A DNA stretch of 46,613 nucleotides from a virus (taxonomy: Duplodnaviria > Heunggongvirae > Uroviricota > Caudoviricetes): positions 1 to 46,613 of IMG/VR virus record IMGVR_UViG_2565956710_000003. One strand, given 5' to 3'. The notes below the pieces were generated by a model. It was not told the origin of the DNA. It saw only the letters and a program-made list of their open reading frames with translations, and made no database searches. The translations under genes were made by a program, and so were the position numbers. Position 1 is the stretch's first letter. The number at the start of each line of letters is the position of its first letter. Positions 44,808 through 46,613 of the stretch are shown here, piece after piece.

Positions 44808-44897
44808 CTTGAGCGAAACGGGAAGGTAAAAAGACAAAAAGTTGTTTTTAATACCTTTAAGTGATACCAGATGGCATTGCGCCATCTGGCAGAGTGA

Positions 44898-45374
44898 TTA
44901 ACTAAACATCGCAGTAATCGAGGCACTCGCCAGAGAGTGAAAATGAACGTTAAACCCGACCATCGCGCCGCTGGCACCTTCATCGACATCAATACGTTCT
45001 ACATCCAGCGCGTGAACGGTAAAAATGTAGCGATGGGTTTCGCCTTTCGGCGGCGCTGCGCCATCGTACCCGGTTTTACCAAAGTCGGTACGCGTCTGCA
45101 AAACGCCGTCTGGCATAGCTACCAGACCAGAGCCAAACCCTTGCGGTAATACGCGGGTATCAGCGGGTAAATTAACAACTACCCAGTGCCACCAGCCGGA
45201 GCCGGTTGGCGCATCCGGGTCATAGCAGGTGACAACAAAACTTTTCGTTCCCACAGGAACATCATCCCACGCCAGATGCGGTGAAATATTATCGCCATCG
45301 TAACCCATGCCGTTAAAGACATGACGATGCGGCAGCTTATCGCCATCGCGCAGATCGTTACTGATGAGTTTCAT
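44898..45374 (-). CDS. ybhB: Host YbhB (PEBP/RKIP-family protein)
   Basis: 158-aa ORF with the conserved PEBP motif DPDAPTGSGWWHWVV; right flank of lambda attB. Confidence 0.85.
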   Translation of the reverse strand: MKLISNDLRDGDKLPHRHVFNGMGYDGDNISPHLAWDDVPVGTKSFVVTCYDPDAPTGSGWWHWVVVNLPADTRVLPQGFGSGLVAMPDGVLQTRTDFGKTGYDGAAPPKGETHRYIFTVHALDVERIDVDEGASGAMVGFNVHFHSLASASITAMFS

Positions 45375-45482
45375 TAGAATGCCTCCGGGAAACCTCGGCC
45401 TTCAGACCGGGGAGGAAAGGAGGCGGTTTTCCGACTAACTGTACTTTGCATAATCACATTTTCCTCTTTAGTATGTGAACAC

Positions 45483-46613
45483 ATGAAACGCGCATATAAA
45501 TACCGGTTTTACCCGACAACTGAGCAGGCTGAGCTTTTAGCTCAGACGTTTGGCTGTGTGCGCTTCGTCTACAATTCCATCCTTCGTTGGCGTACCGATG
45601 CGTACTACGAGCGAAAAGAAAAGATCGGTTATCTACAGGCCAACGCTCGCCTTACGGCGCTCAAAAAAGAGCCTGAATACATATGGCTGAATGATGTTTC
45701 CTGCGTTCCCCTCCAGCAGTCGTTGCGCCACCAACAAGCCGCCTTTGCTAACTTCTTTGCCGGACGAGCTGCATATCCGGCTTTCAAAAGCAAACGGCAC
45801 AAACAGGTGGCTGAGTTCACTGCCAGCGCGTTTAAACACCGTGACGGCGAGTTGTATATAGCAAAGAGCAAGTCGCCGCTGGATGTTCGCTGGAGTCGAG
45901 AATTACCATCTGCGCCGTCAACCGTTACCATTTCCAGAGATAGCGCTGGCAGGTACTTTGTTTCCTGCCTGTGTGAGTTTGAACCTGTATCAATGCCTGT
46001 TACCGCTAAAACGGTCGGCATTGATGTGGGCTTAAAAGATTTATTCGTCACCGATACCGGATTCAAAACCGACAATCCCCGCCACACCGCTAAATATGCG
46101 AAGCGATTAACGCTGCTACAGCGACGTTTAAGCAGGAAGCAAAAAGGCTCAAGAAACCGTATTAAAGCCCGCTTAAAGGTCGCCCGACTCCACGCGAAAA
46201 TCGCCGATTGCCGGATGGACAATCTGCACAAGTTGTCCCGCAAACTGATTAACGAAAACCAAGTTGTTTGCGTCGAATCCCTCAAGGTGAAAAACATGAT
46301 CCGCAACCCGAAGCTGTCTAAAGCAATAGCTGACGCAGGCTGGAGCGAACTTGTTCGCCAGCTCCAGTACAAAGGCAAATGGGCCGGGCGGTCAGTGGTC
46401 GCCATTGACCAGTATTTACCGTCCTCAAAATGCTGTAGTTGCTGCGGTTTCACCATGCAAAAAATGCCTCTTAATGTTCGTAAATGGCACTGCCCTGAAT
46501 GCGGCGCAGACCATGATCGCGACATTAACGCGGCACGTAATATTAAAGCTGCCGGGCTGGCAGTGTTAGCCCACGGAGAGCCTGTAAACCCTGAATCGCA
46601 GCACGCGGCTTAG
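45483..46613 (+). CDS. tnpB: IS200/IS605-family TnpB (OrfB; RNA-guided RuvC-like nuclease family)
   Basis: 376-aa ORF beginning MKRAYKYRFYPTTEQAELLAQTFGCVRFVYNSIL, with a RuvC-like core (VGIDVGLKDLFVTDTG) and a C-terminal zinc finger CCSCCGF...CPECG; no tnpA in the 108 bp upstream. Confidence 0.85.
   Translation: MKRAYKYRFYPTTEQAELLAQTFGCVRFVYNSILRWRTDAYYERKEKIGYLQANARLTALKKEPEYIWLNDVSCVPLQQSLRHQQAAFANFFAGRAAYPAFKSKRHKQVAEFTASAFKHRDGELYIAKSKSPLDVRWSRELPSAPSTVTISRDSAGRYFVSCLCEFEPVSMPVTAKTVGIDVGLKDLFVTDTGFKTDNPRHTAKYAKRLTLLQRRLSRKQKGSRNRIKARLKVARLHAKIADCRMDNLHKLSRKLINENQVVCVESLKVKNMIRNPKLSKAIADAGWSELVRQLQYKGKWAGRSVVAIDQYLPSSKCCSCCGFTMQKMPLNVRKWHCPECGADHDRDINAARNIKAAGLAVLAHGEPVNPESQHAA

Noticed and set aside
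45629-46525. 298-aa minus-strand ORF antisense to tnpB
   Set aside because: Entirely contained in the tnpB coding sequence; the tnpB frame has the recognisable N-terminal signature, RuvC-like core and zinc finger, while the antisense frame has none.

Overview
The window is host ybhC (1-1284, minus), a complete lambdoid prophage of about 43.5 kb (1331-44807) inserted at the classical lambda attB core GCTTTTTTATACTAA, host ybhB (44898-45374, minus), and a solo IS200/IS605-family tnpB (45483-46613). The prophage is a mosaic. Lambda-type parts: attL/attR arms, int, xis, N with nutL, oL/pL, cI, oR, cro, cII, Q, pR', S, R, Rz/Rz1. P22-type parts: an erf-ssb recombination module with kil and cIII, an iteron-containing O-like initiator, and a DnaB-type helicase that is split by an IS100 insertion (13399-15352, 5-bp target duplication CTTAT). 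The nin region carries NinB, a C5-methyltransferase-like gene, NinF, a Rha-type regulator, YbcO-like, RusA and NinH. The virion module is Sf6/P22-like (terS, terL, portal, scaffold, coat, gp4/gp10/needle, ejection proteins, tailspike), followed by a P22 immI-like region with two Mnt-like repressors, Arc and two antirepressor-type genes. The best candidates for undescribed cargo are: (1) a single 311-aa gene with its own AT-rich regulatory region in the lambda rexAB slot between cI and pL (9464-10399); (2) an AT-rich opposite-strand gene between cIII and N (8130-8624) encoding a coiled-coil plus zinc-ribbon protein; (3) a three-gene cluster between the ejection genes and mnt (38142-38958). Two possible sar-like antisense RNAs are also flagged. 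All assignments come from reading the sequence and recalled protein families; no database search was run.
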